Translations under genes and position numbers: made by a program | NCBI RefSeq assembly: GCF_040938485.1 | Contig: NW_027270929.1 | Location: 2,790,001 to 2,854,000 of the forward strand | Reading direction: 5' to 3' | DNA: 64,000 nucleotides | Source of the DNA: Diadema antillarum | Taxonomy: Eukaryota | Notes under the pieces: generated by a model | Told to the model about the DNA's origin: nothing | Seen by the model: the letters and a program-made list of their open reading frames with translations, nothing else | Database searches by the model: none | Part shown: one piece after another, positions 47,118 to 61,213 of the stretch | Position numbering within the stretch: position 1 is the first letter of the stretch | How the letters are laid out: each line of letters starts with the position of its first letter

Positions 47118-50100
47118 AAAGAGAAATACAATTGTATGCATTCCTTGTGGGACCGCCTTGCGAAATATACATGCATCCGTGCGTATAATTTTCATGGCAA
47201 ACAAGGGTAGGGTTTATAGTATAGAGTGGTGAAGCAAAATTTGTTGGGGTGGCTGTATCAATGAAATAAGATAAGAAAGTTTTTTTTTTTTTTATTAATC
47301 CCCTTCAATTCGGTATACAGTTATTCCAATCAGATTTGTCAAAATACAGAAATGCATTCTCACGCAGTACATGTCCATGATAGTTTACAAACAGCTATCT
47401 GGTATGAGGGCATGTCCCAAGAAGTTACATAAACTTTAAAAAAAATGTAGGCCTACATAACACTTGTGTTGCGATTTCGAGATATAGAATAACAGTGTGA
47501 ATATAGTTATACAAGGAAATGACACGCAAGAAAGCGAATGAGAAAAAACCACAAGATGCATGTTGACAAATTTCCTATTAAAATAATTTTCATTGTACAG
47601 TATATGTTTACACGACTTGACAAATGCAGGTGCAGATTGTGCTTGGTATATCAAAAAATATGAACAGTTCTGGCATATATCTCACTTTTTGCAGGATATT
47701 TATACTGATAACATGAATATATTATAATTATGCCTATATCTAGAATCTAATGCCAAGAGGGTTGCCTAAAGTCACTAAAAGGTATAGCTATAACTGTATA
47801 AGCCGATTGCTAGTCAACGTGGACATGGCATACCCCCGTGTATGAGGCGAGTAAACAAGATCATGGCACAATGAAGGTTAAATGTGGACAAGAGAAAAGC
47901 CTTCTATACCTCCCCCGAAGCCCTCCGAGATCAGATTGAGTGTATACTATTTGCACAGCAACGTCACCTTACTCACTAATATTCCTCACGCAAGAACGTG
48001 TCGTGTAAACAATTTACTTAGTACGCGGTGCAGTACAGAAATCCGCTGTAGACCTAACTGTATTAAAGCTGCATCATTTCTACAGCTTCTCCCTCACAGT
48101 AGTGTTGTTGGTCAGGATGTGGACAATGCAATATTTGCCGACCCGCACGAAATGCACTCCATTACACACTATACTATTATTTAACAATAGCATTAAAATC
48201 CTTACCTAACCAATTTATGTACGTCGTTGCTTTATAGAATGGATAAAAATGCACTGTACAATATCATGATAATGATTTTAAAGGCATGCATTTAAATCGA
48301 CATTGTCCTACCTGTATAAACTAATGTACTCCAAAATAGCCCGTTGTGCCCTCAAGTTCCCTTTAATTGGTGTATGAAACTCGTCTGTCGGTGCTTTAAT
48401 TAACTTCCTGTTCTATTTCAGGCAATTCAGTGAACCACGTTCACAAAGCACCATGCAACCCAACTATTCAGTGGCTGAGTTTTTGTTTGTTTTGTTTTGT
48501 TTATGATATGCTGATCTTTTTCGATGTGTATAGGTCAAGAAAGATGGGTTTTTAAGTATCGGGTACGAGCATAGCGGCGGTGTTTCTAGGCATATCGATT
48601 ACAGCAAACTCACGTGATAGATCCTCGTATCTACGCCAAATTTCCCCCTAGCAACGTCCCTCAAAATCCGCAAACAGATCGTGACGAGCGATACGAACAC
48701 ATACGCCAAATCTGCCTAGATTACATCTGAGACAATTTTCATTCTATACACTGGTTTATGAAGAGGCCACAAACGAAATAAGATGACTGATGATATCCAC
48801 ACGTCTGTGTAATATCATGCGCTGCGCGTTTCTGCGGAGATTAATGTATAATTGATGCAACAGTAAATATAAGACCGCCCTGTGCGTGAGGAGGATGTAA
48901 TTGGGCAAAGTGTATAATCTCCCAGTGAGGAAGGATTGAAGATATAGTTTATGGTTCTTTTTTTTAAGCTTAAACTCCTTCAAATTCTCTCAATGCCAAC
49001 GTTCATAGTTCCGTTTGAGTGCATGCTAAATTGTTGGATGGAGTCCGATTATTCCTTCCGCGCACTATAACTGCCAAGAAACTTCTTTCTCGATTTCGCA
49101 TTAATTCAACGTGGGTATGAAGTCTTTTTCTTGGCTCTCTGCCTCAATGTGGAATTATTCTTCCGTTTTGGAATGATTCTCTAGGAAACTCATTTTGTGA
49201 GTTTTTAACAAGGGTTTATTTTTAAGTCATCAGAACTATTGTTTTATTCGGCGTATGACCATGCAGACATGCACGCGTGCGACGAAATCAATTATCACAG
49301 CGAAAATGAAAATTTGTCGTTTTAATCTGAGCAGTGAAAACAGCTGTATCTCTTCCCAGCTATTCTACACAAAAACTGTACCAAGAATGATGTTTTGTAT
49401 CTATTTTTGCGTATAATAAAGAATGGTGGTATCAAAAATCCATATTTATATAAACATTAAAGTCATTGACAGTAACGCGTATTTCCCCTGTTCATGGGTG
49501 TACTGATAGTCTCGCTATAGATAACTGTGCCAAAATATCGTCAATGAACAGTATGACTAATCTTCTGGGCCAGACCTGATTTACCTTCACATGCCAAACC
49601 TATCCAGATCACACCTATATAACTACACATGTAGGTACAAGCAGCAGTTCAATACGTATTTCAAACATAAAGATGATTATTGTATACAGTGTACTCGCGT
49701 CGTGTATTGTATCTTCCATTAGAGTGATAATTCTGAATTACCTTTGACCCCCTTGCCAGCATGCTATTATTGCAACAACAGCAAAGTAAACATGCAGACA
49801 TGTTAAAATCAAACAGAGTACAGAGATTAACATGCACAATTTTGCATACTAGGAGCGAATAATTTTGTGTGTAGTGCATGGAGGGGAGGGAGAGAAAGAG
49901 AGAAATAGAGATCCATAATTTTTGCATTCTGCGATCATGATTACACGTATTCATATATACGGGCGACTGCCTTTAGCAGCTTCGTGTTTTATGGGGAAGA
50001 GGCCTATGGATCGCCTTTACATATGGTCATGATAGTGGACTCAAAAGCAGTATACCTTCAACTTTGTGGCAGGAGACATGCAGATTAATCGTCCATAGTA

Positions 50101-50458
50101 CACCTGCTTCATCGACAGCTTGCTGCAAACATAAATTAAAACAAAAGAAAATCCGTTACAATGAATAGTATATTGGCATTCTTCTCCTTTCTCATTTTCT
50201 TCTTCGTTCTTTATTTGAGATTTGTTGGGCATCTAACGCGAACACAAGTCCAGATTTATGATTATGCTGTAAAACTTTTAATATGTTTCGTCCTTAAATG
50301 TTTGCTGACGTAAATAGAGCAGAAAGTCTCTTTAGCCAGATTCATCCCTCGATATTTCAGCACACAATTTTGAATGGTGTTTTGGGCTGAAAATGAAAAT
50401 ATGGTAAGGGGCACATGTGCCCCCCCCCCCTTTGGGCTTTATAGCGTTAAGGCTTCTT

Positions 50459-50750
50459 CCCTGCTCGAAACAACACAGGGTCTCACAGCGTGTTCACAAT
50501 GTGTCCACATAGTCGACTGTGAAAACGCTCGAATTTAAGAGTGTAAAGATTGAGACTCATACTGTGCACTGGAGTGGTTTTTCACAGAGAGTTCACATTG
50601 ATTTTGTAGTAAGGTTCTGTTTCACACTGTGAATTGAGGATTCACAATGTGTTCAAGATGTTAAAATGCTCGAATTTAATAGTGCGAAGAATTTCACACT
50701 GTGTTCACAGTGATTGTGCATTATGGGACACTGTGTTCCTTCCAGCAGGG
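50459..50750. mobile_element. EnSpm/CACTA-like MITE, 2-bp target duplication
   Basis: TT|CCCTGCTCGAAACAACACAG ... CTGTGTTCCTTCCAGCAGGG|TT, with multiple TTCACA(C)TGTG subterminal repeats. Confidence 0.7.
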
Positions 50751-51629
50751 TTATAACATGTTAAGCACTCTATTAGTGATGTGATCTCGTGCCGTCTGAT
50801 CGAGAGTGTGCAGTGATTAAGGCGAAAGCTGAGATGAGACTCCAGGATTGACGAATGCACTGTATATATCTCGGGTGCATTCTGTCTTTCCTTTCACCAT
50901 AATTTCACATTCGGTAAAGCAATCTGCAGTCTGCAGTCCTTTCAAAGGATTCCCTGCGACCAAAAGCGGAACCGTTCGTTTGCATTCTGAAACCTCTTAG
51001 GAAAGTGGTCGTTAGCTGCCGAAGCAAAATACCAGTACATTATGGGTGTAGAAACAGACAAGGTGTTCTGTGCGGCTCTTACTCAAGGGAACCCTGCGTT
51101 TGTTGCACATGGTAGCACAAACCAGACGGCAGGAAATCTCCAACTTTACTCACCGTTTTAACTTCACGAGAGCGATCAGTCACACTCCTATGAGCAAACG
51201 AGCCCAACCGAGAGATATAATTTGCATTTTTCATCATGTATCATGGAGTGCATCGTTGAGAGAGAAAAACATTACTCATCCACCAGATCGACATGAAGTT
51301 TCATCTTACTCTTGATCTCCCTCTCGACCTCCTGTGGGATCTCCGACCTCGTTGCCTATAAATCATCACGCATACTTGTATATAGATGCTCATGTATTTC
51401 TTTGCGATCATGTCAGTTTAAAACACATTTATTGTTATAGTATACACAGCACTCGCACTCCTATACAGTATGTATTGTACGTATATATCACCAACTCTCG
51501 AAACAACTGTTGATTTGAGGAAGAAAACGGAGAATTTTCGCCCAAACTGTTAAAATGCAGGAGCAACAAAAGTCACGATCTTTTTGTATTTTCGATTATC
51601 ATTTGTTGTTATCAACAAAAAGTATCATT

Positions 51630-51813
51630 CAGGGGCGGATCCAGGAATTCTGTAAAGGGGGGGGGGGGCGTGACTGATATTTCTCGTGCCACTTCCGGGT
51701 TTCATTTCATTTTTTTCTTTTTATTTCTTTTTTTTACTTTTTATTTCTTTTGTTTTTAACGAAAAATAAAGGGGGGCGTGCGCCGGTTGGGCCCCCCTCT
51801 GGATCCGCTACTG
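51630..51813. mobile_element. 184-bp MITE with CAGGGGCGGATCCAG termini
   Basis: TCATT|CAGGGGCGGATCCAG ... CTGGATCCGCTACTG|TCATT. Confidence 0.8.
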
Positions 51814-54201
51814 TCATTCCTGTCTCCAAAAATTACGCAAGGGAAGCACCTGGTGTGGTTGTTATAGCAGATAGCCGTTACAGGCAAGGTCGATGCGGTT
51901 GTAACCGTGGTAGATATCTATACCTCCCGTTTATTTAACTAATGTCATTACATCAATTCTACAATATTTGTTTTATAATACTGCAATTGTATCCTTAATA
52001 ATAGACCCAATTATTTACAGTGATATAAAACAAAAACAATTTACCAGTCAGTCTAGAGTGAGTACATTCTCGGCCATAAAGCATACATAGCTCGTGAATG
52101 ATGGGGCAACCCCGGATAAAGTGTACTCAGCTGCTGGTCAGTTAGTAAATTTGCAGGTCTCACCACGTCACTCAGTTTCTGCGTTCTGCTTCTCTTGTAC
52201 AGAAAAGCAGGAAACGACGCGAGAAATAATGGACATTAATGATTAACTGTAATTCGATGTTCAATAAAGGAAAATATCATTATTGTTTTCTTCAAAACGC
52301 TGGGGTCCAAAGCTTTAGATGAACAGGAGAATGCATTTTACGATATAATAGAAGGCAGTCTTGTAACAGGACAGCATGTCTTTGATTATTATGTGTTACG
52401 CTGTGCAGAACGCTGAAATTATTCTGTTCGCGAGTTTGGAAGCCCGTGCAGAACAACTTCAATGAAGATGGACACCGCCTTTTCCATCACTAACCCGATA
52501 TCTTAATGCGCAGGTGATTATCGTGCCATGGTGATAGAGAGTTGCATCAAAACGCTTTGCGTATTGCATAAAGGTTACTCTGCCCTGAGATTTTCTGGTT
52601 AAAACTAGGTATGGAAAGAGGTAACTCCAAAATAGTACTATTCACTCAGGGGCTTAGCCCTGAGGTAAATACATTATTATAGCTCACAAAAAGTGTACTG
52701 AGATACGATATAATAATTTTGATTTAGAAAATGTCGTCATTAACAATGACATGATATTCCAAATAGTATATCTAGAATGGCAAACATACCAACGTTTATG
52801 AAATAGTTGGAAATACATGTAATCACGTAAAGCTCTTTAAGAAATCATTACGGAATATATTTCTATCCAATTTATATAATGTAGCAATAGGTATTCAGTC
52901 CATCTTAACACGTACATGAAGGCACACAGTTTTAGCCCTGACCTATCACTCGCTGATATCAGAAGGGATTGATTTCATTTATTAAATCACCTACGGTTAA
53001 CAGCGCTTTAGAAAGCTTGTATTGATAAACAAAATTAATTTGGTATATCAATAATTCTGAGCATGAAAGGTACACATATTGTCTGTCGCTCATTTTCCAT
53101 GGCCTTGTGCTCCCTGCATATTACAATAAGCATCAAAGTAGCTCGTAGCAATGAAAAATGAAAATCACAAAGTTGCCTGAGGTATCTCCAGAGTCAGTGT
53201 GGATATGGTAAGGAATTATAGTTATTCAGACACACAACAGAACTGGAAGAAGTGAGCGCGGTAAAGGCGCTGTTGATGGAGAAAAAAAGACATGGATTCA
53301 AAAGGATATCAGTAGGAATCGTTAGATTTGAATGACACAGTATATCTTGCGCTGCTCTATGTAGGATCACTTATTGATTGCAATAGCAGGGTATATGACA
53401 AGGGAGTTATCACTAGTTTGCACACCACACGTATATATAGCAATGCCGTGTTTGAGGTCAATAGCTTTGCAGAAGTCGCTTGAAACCATTTGCCAGCTTT
53501 AATGCGACTCGCTAATACTTCAAGCTAGGTCATTATGCATGCTCTCAAGTGTCCCAGACAATCGATTGATTACATCTGGTAAAATGTAGCTCATTTTGTT
53601 TGCATGTTATATCTCAATGGACCGTGAGCACACCATGCTGTTTCAAATTCAAACACACAAGGGGTAGAGATAGTACTTCATCAGCGTCAGGTCTCGGAGA
53701 CGATGTCATCGCTCAAACACCGTCTAATTACGGCAGTATCGTTGAAATCATGTTTGCGTAACGTCGCGATAGACCATGTGATTGATCGTGATGATGAGTC
53801 TGTGTTATTGATTCCCTCCCACTATCTAGAAGTATATAAATAAGAAAAAAAACCCGATCACAATTCTTGCATGCACATTCAAAATATCGTTGCCCTTGGT
53901 TCAACACACGTTTCCTTCATTCCATCAAATTTTTAATCCTGAATTAGTCGCTCACGTTTACACACAACAACCAAGTTTTCCAATTTCCATCAAATGGTGT
54001 CACGCAACATTATATTTTGCTGTCAGGATTATCTCATTGACGTGCGTCACCTACCATCTTAAACTGCCACCAGGTTTACTGCAGAGAAATAATGTGGTTC
54101 TTCTCATTCATTTTGACTACTATAAGCGTGAAAGAATGCTACACCCCAGCGTTAAGAGAAACACAGTTACAATGATCCATTGGTAATGATGAGGATGATA
54201 A

Positions 54202-54300
54202 GGATTGAATTGAATTGAAAGGTATTTAATTGAATAACATCCGTTGCAGCCCACAGGCTGGATTGTGGACATTTTACATAAATCGGCCTAAATACATTAA
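54202..54300 (-). mobile_element. Short LINE/SINE 3' tail fragment
   Basis: Minus strand shows a CAGCC..GGCTG stem followed by a (TTCAA)n tail. Confidence 0.45.
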
Positions 54301-54444
54301 AATATATAAAATAGTAAACAAAAAAAATACAGGATGAAAATAAAGTTAATCACTTTGGAGCCATGAAGTCAGTGTCTGTTCGATATCATCCCAACACAAT
54401 TATCTCTCTCTCTCTCTCTGTCTTACACACACAATACATGTATA

Positions 54445-54446
<2 letters not shown>

Positions 54447-54487
<41 letters not shown>
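54447..54487. repeat. (CA)n microsatellite
   Basis: Directly visible. Confidence 0.95.
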
Positions 54488-54489
<2 letters not shown>

Positions 54490-54961
54490 GAGTACAAAAC
54501 ATGATTTTAGAAAAACAGTATTAATGGTTCAAGAAGATACTCTGGCTGGATCTGGCTTGGTCAACCTGGGCCAATGTTGTGGCGCGCAAAGCCCCTTTTC
54601 TAACACCTGCGCGAAAAGCAAAAAGCTCAGCCGCGCGTAAATGAATTATGGCTGCGAACACCACGACCCATACATTGATTCAGCTTCAATAGGTTAAAGT
54701 CAAAGATCCTGTAGGATCTCTGTTAAAATCTCATCAAGAATAACGTGTGAGTTGTTCCGGATGCTCTTTTGTTTTTTGGCCACTGGGACAACAGTTTGGT
54801 GTGGAGGGAATAGGACAGTTGCATCTCTAATTACTGGCGACCTGGATGAACTACTAAAGTGTCGCAACATTAATTGTCACTCATATCGAGTATCGCTTGA
54901 ACAGACCATTTTCAATAGGTATTTGTAAAACGGCAAGAACACTGTATTCCGTTCTGATAAA

Positions 54962-54990
54962 GTGTGTGTGTGAGTGTGTGTATGTATGTG

Positions 54991-55033
<43 letters not shown>
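54962..55033. repeat. Imperfect (TG)n microsatellite
   Basis: Directly visible. Confidence 0.95.
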
Positions 55034-55035
<2 letters not shown>

Positions 55036-55660
55036 TTATCTGTTCAATACCTTACTTACGGTCGTTTAATTCGGACCTATTTTGTTGCCAACCACAGAAG
55101 TTTTACTTTGAAAAATGCTTTGTGCAATGGTGCCATTTACAATGTTGTACCATTCTCAAATTGTGCCATTTGCCACGTTTTTACCACCCATAAGTCTTAA
55201 TGACTTCACAGGTGTTTGCGGACTGGTTGGAGTCAAATGAAAGAAGGAGTGTCCGTATGATAGATTGATAGACTTTTTCGGCCATATTTATCTACACATC
55301 GTTAACAGGCATTGTGCATTGCTGGAAGGGGAGCAAACACGGTTTCTTCTCGCCTTGTTTGACCTGTCGTTAAATTATCATGTGTGACGGATCATCACGG
55401 CCTTGACACCTCGATCGATTATACGGAGCCCGAGAATGTGTGAACAAGATGAATTAGTCGCTAAATTAGTCGACACCTTTGGAGTGTCGGAAATATACAA
55501 AAATTGTAAGAGCAACTGCAATACATCAATGGATTGATCACCTCACCTATATTTAGCCGTTGGCGTAGATATAAAACTATCCCGACACGCCGCATTTATT
55601 ATTTGTTTCCAGCTAATAACCCAACATGCTGACATAATTAGGGAACAAATAAGGGCGCTT

Positions 55661-55816
55661 NNNNNNNNNNNNNNNNNNNNNNNNNNNNNNNNNNNNNNNN
55701 NNNNNNNNNNNNNNNNNNNNNNNNNNNNNNNNNNNNNNNNNNNNNNNNNNNNNNNNNNNNNNNNNNNNNNNNNNNNNNNNNNNNNNNNNNNNNNNNNNNN
55801 NNNNNNNNNNNNNNNN
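55661..55816. other. Assembly gap (N)
   Basis: Run of N. Confidence 1.
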
Positions 55817-56419
55817 TGTGTCTGTATATATCTGTGACTGATGACCCTCATAAATGTTTAACATGTAAGTTTTGGAGATGTTATCCTTCATTTCCATATA
55901 TCTTATTCATGTAAATAAAATTCATTCCTTAATATTGCGCAACTTCCATATTCAATTCTCGATTTATATCCTTCCATGCATGATGACGGTAATACTACAT
56001 AATTTATATTCAATACATTTTACCACTCATTTCTTCACTAAATCCCAATCTTAAAAACTCTCTTCTCACCTTGAAAGCCCTATTTGCTGCTACCAAATTA
56101 TGAACTTTATATACATTCCTAAGAAACAAATCTTTATCAAATACTGTACATACATCAATGAAAATAAATTTATTATCAACATTGATCTCATTCCTCTTTT
56201 AATTACCTTCCTCCATAATCAAATGTCTACTTTCCATCCAGTCCTTCAACATATTATCATTATACAATTTGGTAACGTTAAACATCAACAACAGTATGCA
56301 AACATCCATCGATTCAAGTGGAAAACTCTCATCTTTCCGTAATTTCCCTCTTTTCTGTCCACACTTTTTTTTTCAGATTTTGATCGATTAAGTCACTGTT
56401 GATGCCACAATCATGAAAA

Positions 56420-57321
56420 AAACATAATCGCGAAAAAAACTATTATGTTCGCTGGGCCCAAATATTGGAACGAACTCCCTATGGAACTTGTAAGTTGTAC
56501 CACTGTAACCTCATTCAAACGAAAACTGAAGCAATATCTTCTTAGCAGCTACATTGTACGGCATGCATAGTGTATAGTTCTTGTTGCTCTTTACTGTTAC
56601 CCCTTGTCTATCCCACCTTAGTCCGGCGGGATCCTAACCATGAACACTATTTTTGAACAGTCTGCCTATTGCGCTGTTCATGCACCTATTGTTCCACTCG
56701 GTTATCGAAACTCTCGCGCGTGACAGCTGTCGGTTACTATGGTCACACGGAATGCTTGGTTTTAGGACCCATGCTGGAATGTTACTCCTGAGCTTTCGGT
56801 ATTGTTTACATTCACGACAAATCTCATTATCCCACCTTCTACTTATGTATTTATGACATACAGTTACGCCATTTTCTATACTCTGCAACACACCCCTTGA
56901 ATCTCTGCAGTTGTTGTTCACTGCTGCAACATGTGACCTTTCAGCTTTCTGTTTTTCTGTATTTTTATTTAGTGATATATATTTAATTGGATTTTTTGTT
57001 TTGTTTGTTTTAATCGGTTTCCCCAGATATAGTTGGTCTTAAAAAACATCCGTACTTTAAACTTCCCCTAATCTGATTACTCACGGGACCTGCGGCTGTA
57101 CAAGCTAATGCTTTTACGCAGGCCCCATCATATTTTTTTTCGCATTATGACCACAGTGTAATTCGCATGCATACAGACCTCGTGTTTATACCAAATCAAA
57201 CTTCTGTACATTCTGATGAAGTCTCATCTGAATTATGTTTTGTATAATTTTCGTATTTATATACTTTATTGTGATATATGTGAGAAATATGAAAATAAAT
57301 TGAAATGAAATGAAATGAAAT
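56420..57321 (+). mobile_element. 5'-truncated CR1/L2-group (Crack/Daphne-like) LINE 3' end
   Basis: RT C-terminus AKKTIMFAGPKYWNELPMELVSCTTVTSFKRKLKQYLL (stop 56568-56570), long 3' UTR with stem GGGACCTGCG/CGCAGGCCCC, AATAAA at 57294 and (TGAAA)n tail. Confidence 0.85.
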
Positions 57322-60300
57322 GGGTGATTATTTTTAGCCAATTCATTGCTGTCATTTATACCGATACTGCTGAGCGCTTTCAGAGTAATGGTTGGTTCAA
57401 TCTTCTTATAAAACACGTGCCCTGGGACACTATTGCAAAACAACGGAGAAAAATCTTCGAAACGTTTCTTTAATCTCTCCTTTTATAATTATAGTCAGTC
57501 AGTAGTCTCCTGTAATTTTGTGAGTTATATCTACAAAATAAGATAAGTTACAGCCCTATATTTATACAGTAATTTTGTTTAAGACACGACGTGGTCCTTT
57601 ATAGATGAACATAAGTAACTGTTGATGCTGAGCTGCGGAAGTTTCTGAAGAGTTCGATTCAGTTTCTAGCATCATGTACAATGGTATCGGCTATATCTAT
57701 TACTACGGTGTGAGCTTGATTTATAGCCTGTGGAGGTGGGACGCATTTTCAGGTACGGGTAACGACATTAACCAATGACTTCCTCGTAGAAACGCATGTT
57801 ACTGTAGCATCTCCACCATGGGGAGATTGTTCCACACGTGTTCATACCAATTCACAAGGGCATTAAAACTGCCAGGGCGCATAAGCATAAATACAGTAAC
57901 GGTAACAATCATGCCTTGGATATGCGTCCCCGCCTGATTCATGCTTGCGAGCTAATACACACACACACGAAACACACTAAAGCACACACAACAACAGTAC
58001 TGTTCAATTACATATTACACAGACAAATGAATGGACTTTTCATGACCTTGGTTTTGATGGTCCAGTCATTTCGCATTATGTGTGCATGGCATTAGAATGA
58101 AACGAAATTCTTTGTAGTGTTATCAATTATAGTGGATCATTACTGACAATGATCGTGGCAGGGGAAATTAGAAGTTTTCTTGTTTATCCTTGCATGCACT
58201 TAGCATGGCTTCTCTGCATAATGCAATGTACGCAACAACATTATACCGGAATGGATTGCTAATCTCTTCTATCAAATACCTGAGACTGAGTGCAAGGATT
58301 TATAATAAAACAACCTTGTCCACCGCCATTTAAAGAAAAGGAAATGCTTCTACACCCCTGCATTTAAAATAATTCTCTGCTCTTTGTGGCACATGCAAGT
58401 ATCCACAAATGATACTATAAGCGATCGACGTCCTTGACCTTAGATTACTGAGTATTGTCCACGCCATAACAAAGAGTCATGAAAAATACATTCAATCAAT
58501 TTATTTTGGTTGCTTTCATAATTCGAACAAATTGATTTGCACTCACGCTCTTTTACAGATAGTGTTCAATTAAATTTATAATTGGATTTCAACCTATAAC
58601 CCCCTACATGTAGCGAACAGACAAAATTATTATTGGTATCTTAGCAGGTTATCCCTGTTTTAATTCTCAGTTTCCTATTATGACGTGTAAAGTGCATCGT
58701 AAAGTCAATGTCTGGGTTCCCAAGTTCAGTACTACAAGTTTATCTTGGCTCTCCAAACTACTGCCACAGATGGGCCTCACCCACTTCTTTGGGATGCCAA
58801 AAATACCCCGCAGACAACAATAACACGTGGCACATGGACAAAATAAACGTGGACCCCTTTGCTGATTGTTTTCCCCGCCCGAAAGTCCCCGACTGCTGAT
58901 GACAAATGGCGTATATCCGAAAAGGATATTCGTAAAGGCGAGAGGGAGGGGGGGGGGGGGGGGGGGGGGGTGGTAATGCGAAGCCAGAATTCACGTTGCT
59001 TCTTGGAGTCGATACAATGAAGCATATACCATGCGTGCGACCACGTATTTAGAACTATGGATGGTTGTGGAGAGCGCAAATACGTGTCTTTTGATCTAAT
59101 ATTACATGCTAAATGAACTTCATTGTGACTTTGCTACCGTGCAATAGTCGCCAATCTGACCCTATAGATTTTCCCATTGTTCCCTACATTTTCTTATAAA
59201 TAATAGTGAAAAGAACCGTCATTGTTGTATTTTTTGTCATGTTAGGAATGGAAATATGAACACAGTTTCACACAAACAGTAGAATGACTACACCCAGTAT
59301 ACCATGATCAGAGAGCAGCTATAGGTGGGGCTATCATACGCGTCCGCGGGATAGGGATGGGGGGGGGGGGGTTGAAAAATCCTCTGCGGTAAGGAACTTT
59401 ATAGAGCGTGCGAGCTTGTACATTACACTTAATGATTATGTTTTGGTTAATTCTGATGATACCACCTTTTCTGGCGGATGGAAATCCATGTTTTGTGTTT
59501 TGTGTTTTGTTTGTTTGTTTTAGGCGTGAGTAAAAGCTTTTTCAGGCTTGTGAGCGTGAGGAAGACCATGGCGTGAGCCTCACGCCTATAATGAAACTTG
59601 GTAAGGTCTGAAAATCACCACACATACACACAGACACACACAAAGGCAATTGCTTTTGGTACACACCAGTAATATACTGTTCGATAAAGACATTTTGCCA
59701 TAAGAGTCAGAGTACTGTCTGTCCTTCCCTTCTCAACTTCTTCATGAAGAGAAAATGAAGATCTTCTTGTTAAAGTTTACATGAAGTTTACAAAATGTAT
59801 ATACTTCGTATGACATAATAATTCCCATTGTTGTAAAATATTTGTGTTTGCGTTTGATTTTGCACAGTGCCTTTGGACGCGACGAGCACATCTAACGATA
59901 ATTTCTTATTTTTACTGTATCAGTGTCCAATCTGTTAGGATATGGCTTCTGCATTCAGTTTATCTTCTTCGCAACCTGAACGGAATAATCATTCAGAGTG
60001 TCATTGTGATGGGCGTACATCGTACATACAACGATAATCCTCGATAGATGGAGATGAAGAAAAAAGTCATTAAATGCAGAGATTCTTAATGACGATACAG
60101 TAATGGAATGGAGGTGTAATTAAAATTGTTTTCCTTTTACTTATATATCTCTTTCCTTTTCGTCATATAATTCATTCCGAAATTTGTTGATATTTTTTAT
60201 GGTAAAACATTTGCAACCCATCTAGGTATAGGATGAGTGTCAGGGCAATCCCGTATGTTGGTGTGTAAACAGTCGATTTTGTATTTCATGTGTGAGGGAG

Positions 60301-61096
60301 TAGAGTGACCGAATACTGTATGTGCATTACGTGTGTTTGTGTGCTTGTGTGTCTTTCGGTCTGTGTGCATGAACACAAGATTTGAAGTTGAGAAAAAAGA
60401 TAAACGGAGTTGGATAATGATAACGTTTTTTCGCGACCGTCCGTGGGATCGCCCGTCCGTATTGGAGTGCCCTGCACTCCGGTGACGAGTTCATGCAAAT
60501 TTCCAACTGCTCGAATCGATGTTGGGGGACATAAAACTTAACGGGGTCTTTCCTGGCCACTGGCCTGACTCTTATTGATTATGACAGACTCTCATTCTGC
60601 TCGCATGATTGCGGATGATTCCATTTCCTGCTAATTACCTCTGTTGTTGTCCCACGCACATGTAGCCGATGCACGCCGCGTCCATACGTGGCACGCGTCC
60701 AAAGGGGCGGCAACTGCACGTGCACTAGAGTGTGGTTAAAAAGATGGTCACACGTTAAAAGGTCACTCGTCCCCTTTTCCAAACAACACAAAATTTTGCA
60801 TTGTTGAAGAATAATGACTCCCAATATCACGTATGAAGTCTTGAGGTAACACATCCCAAAATTTTGTGGAAGAAAAACCTAAGTCAATGTCACTCGAGGA
60901 TACGCTCCACTTTTGTACGGAAAATAAAGGTTTGGTGTTTTTTTTTTCTAATATCATTGGAGTGGGTCCGGATAAATTCACTAGAATCCATATTATTGTT
61001 CCCCTTTCGATTGCAAATAAGTTTTCAGTTTGAGGAAATGTCTGAATTACCTACTTCTACTGTATACCACCCCGTGAAAAGAATCTAACTTTCAGG

Positions 61097-61213
61097 TAGC
61101 CTTTTTGTCAAGGCTCTCTCGCTGTAATGGGCGAGCGAAGCGAGCCCAGCCGAGTAACCCCACTCAGCTGGGCTCTCTTCACCAGAAAGCGAGAGGGTCT
61201 TGACAAAAGGCTA
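61097..61213. mobile_element. 117-bp MITE with 9-bp target duplication (Mutator/MULE-like)
   Basis: ACTTTCAGG|TAGCCTTTTTGTCAAGGCTCTCTCGCT ... AGCGAGAGGGTCTTGACAAAAGGCTA|ACTTTCAGG. Confidence 0.8.

Noticed and set aside
52312-52416. ALDEQENAFYDIIEGSLVTG.. as a PIF1/Helitron helicase remnant
   Set aside because: Only a vague resemblance to the pre-Walker A region; no GxxGxGK motif, and it is interrupted by a stop.
40945-55897. ORFs spanning X runs, and the 184-aa ORF 43637-44191
   Set aside because: Artefacts of N gaps or dinucleotide microsatellites (HTHT, CVCV, YIYI).
60327-60981. Short minus-strand ORFs (MARKDPVKFYVPQ.., ..FWDVLPQDFIRD..)
   Set aside because: No consistent splice sites and no recognisable family.
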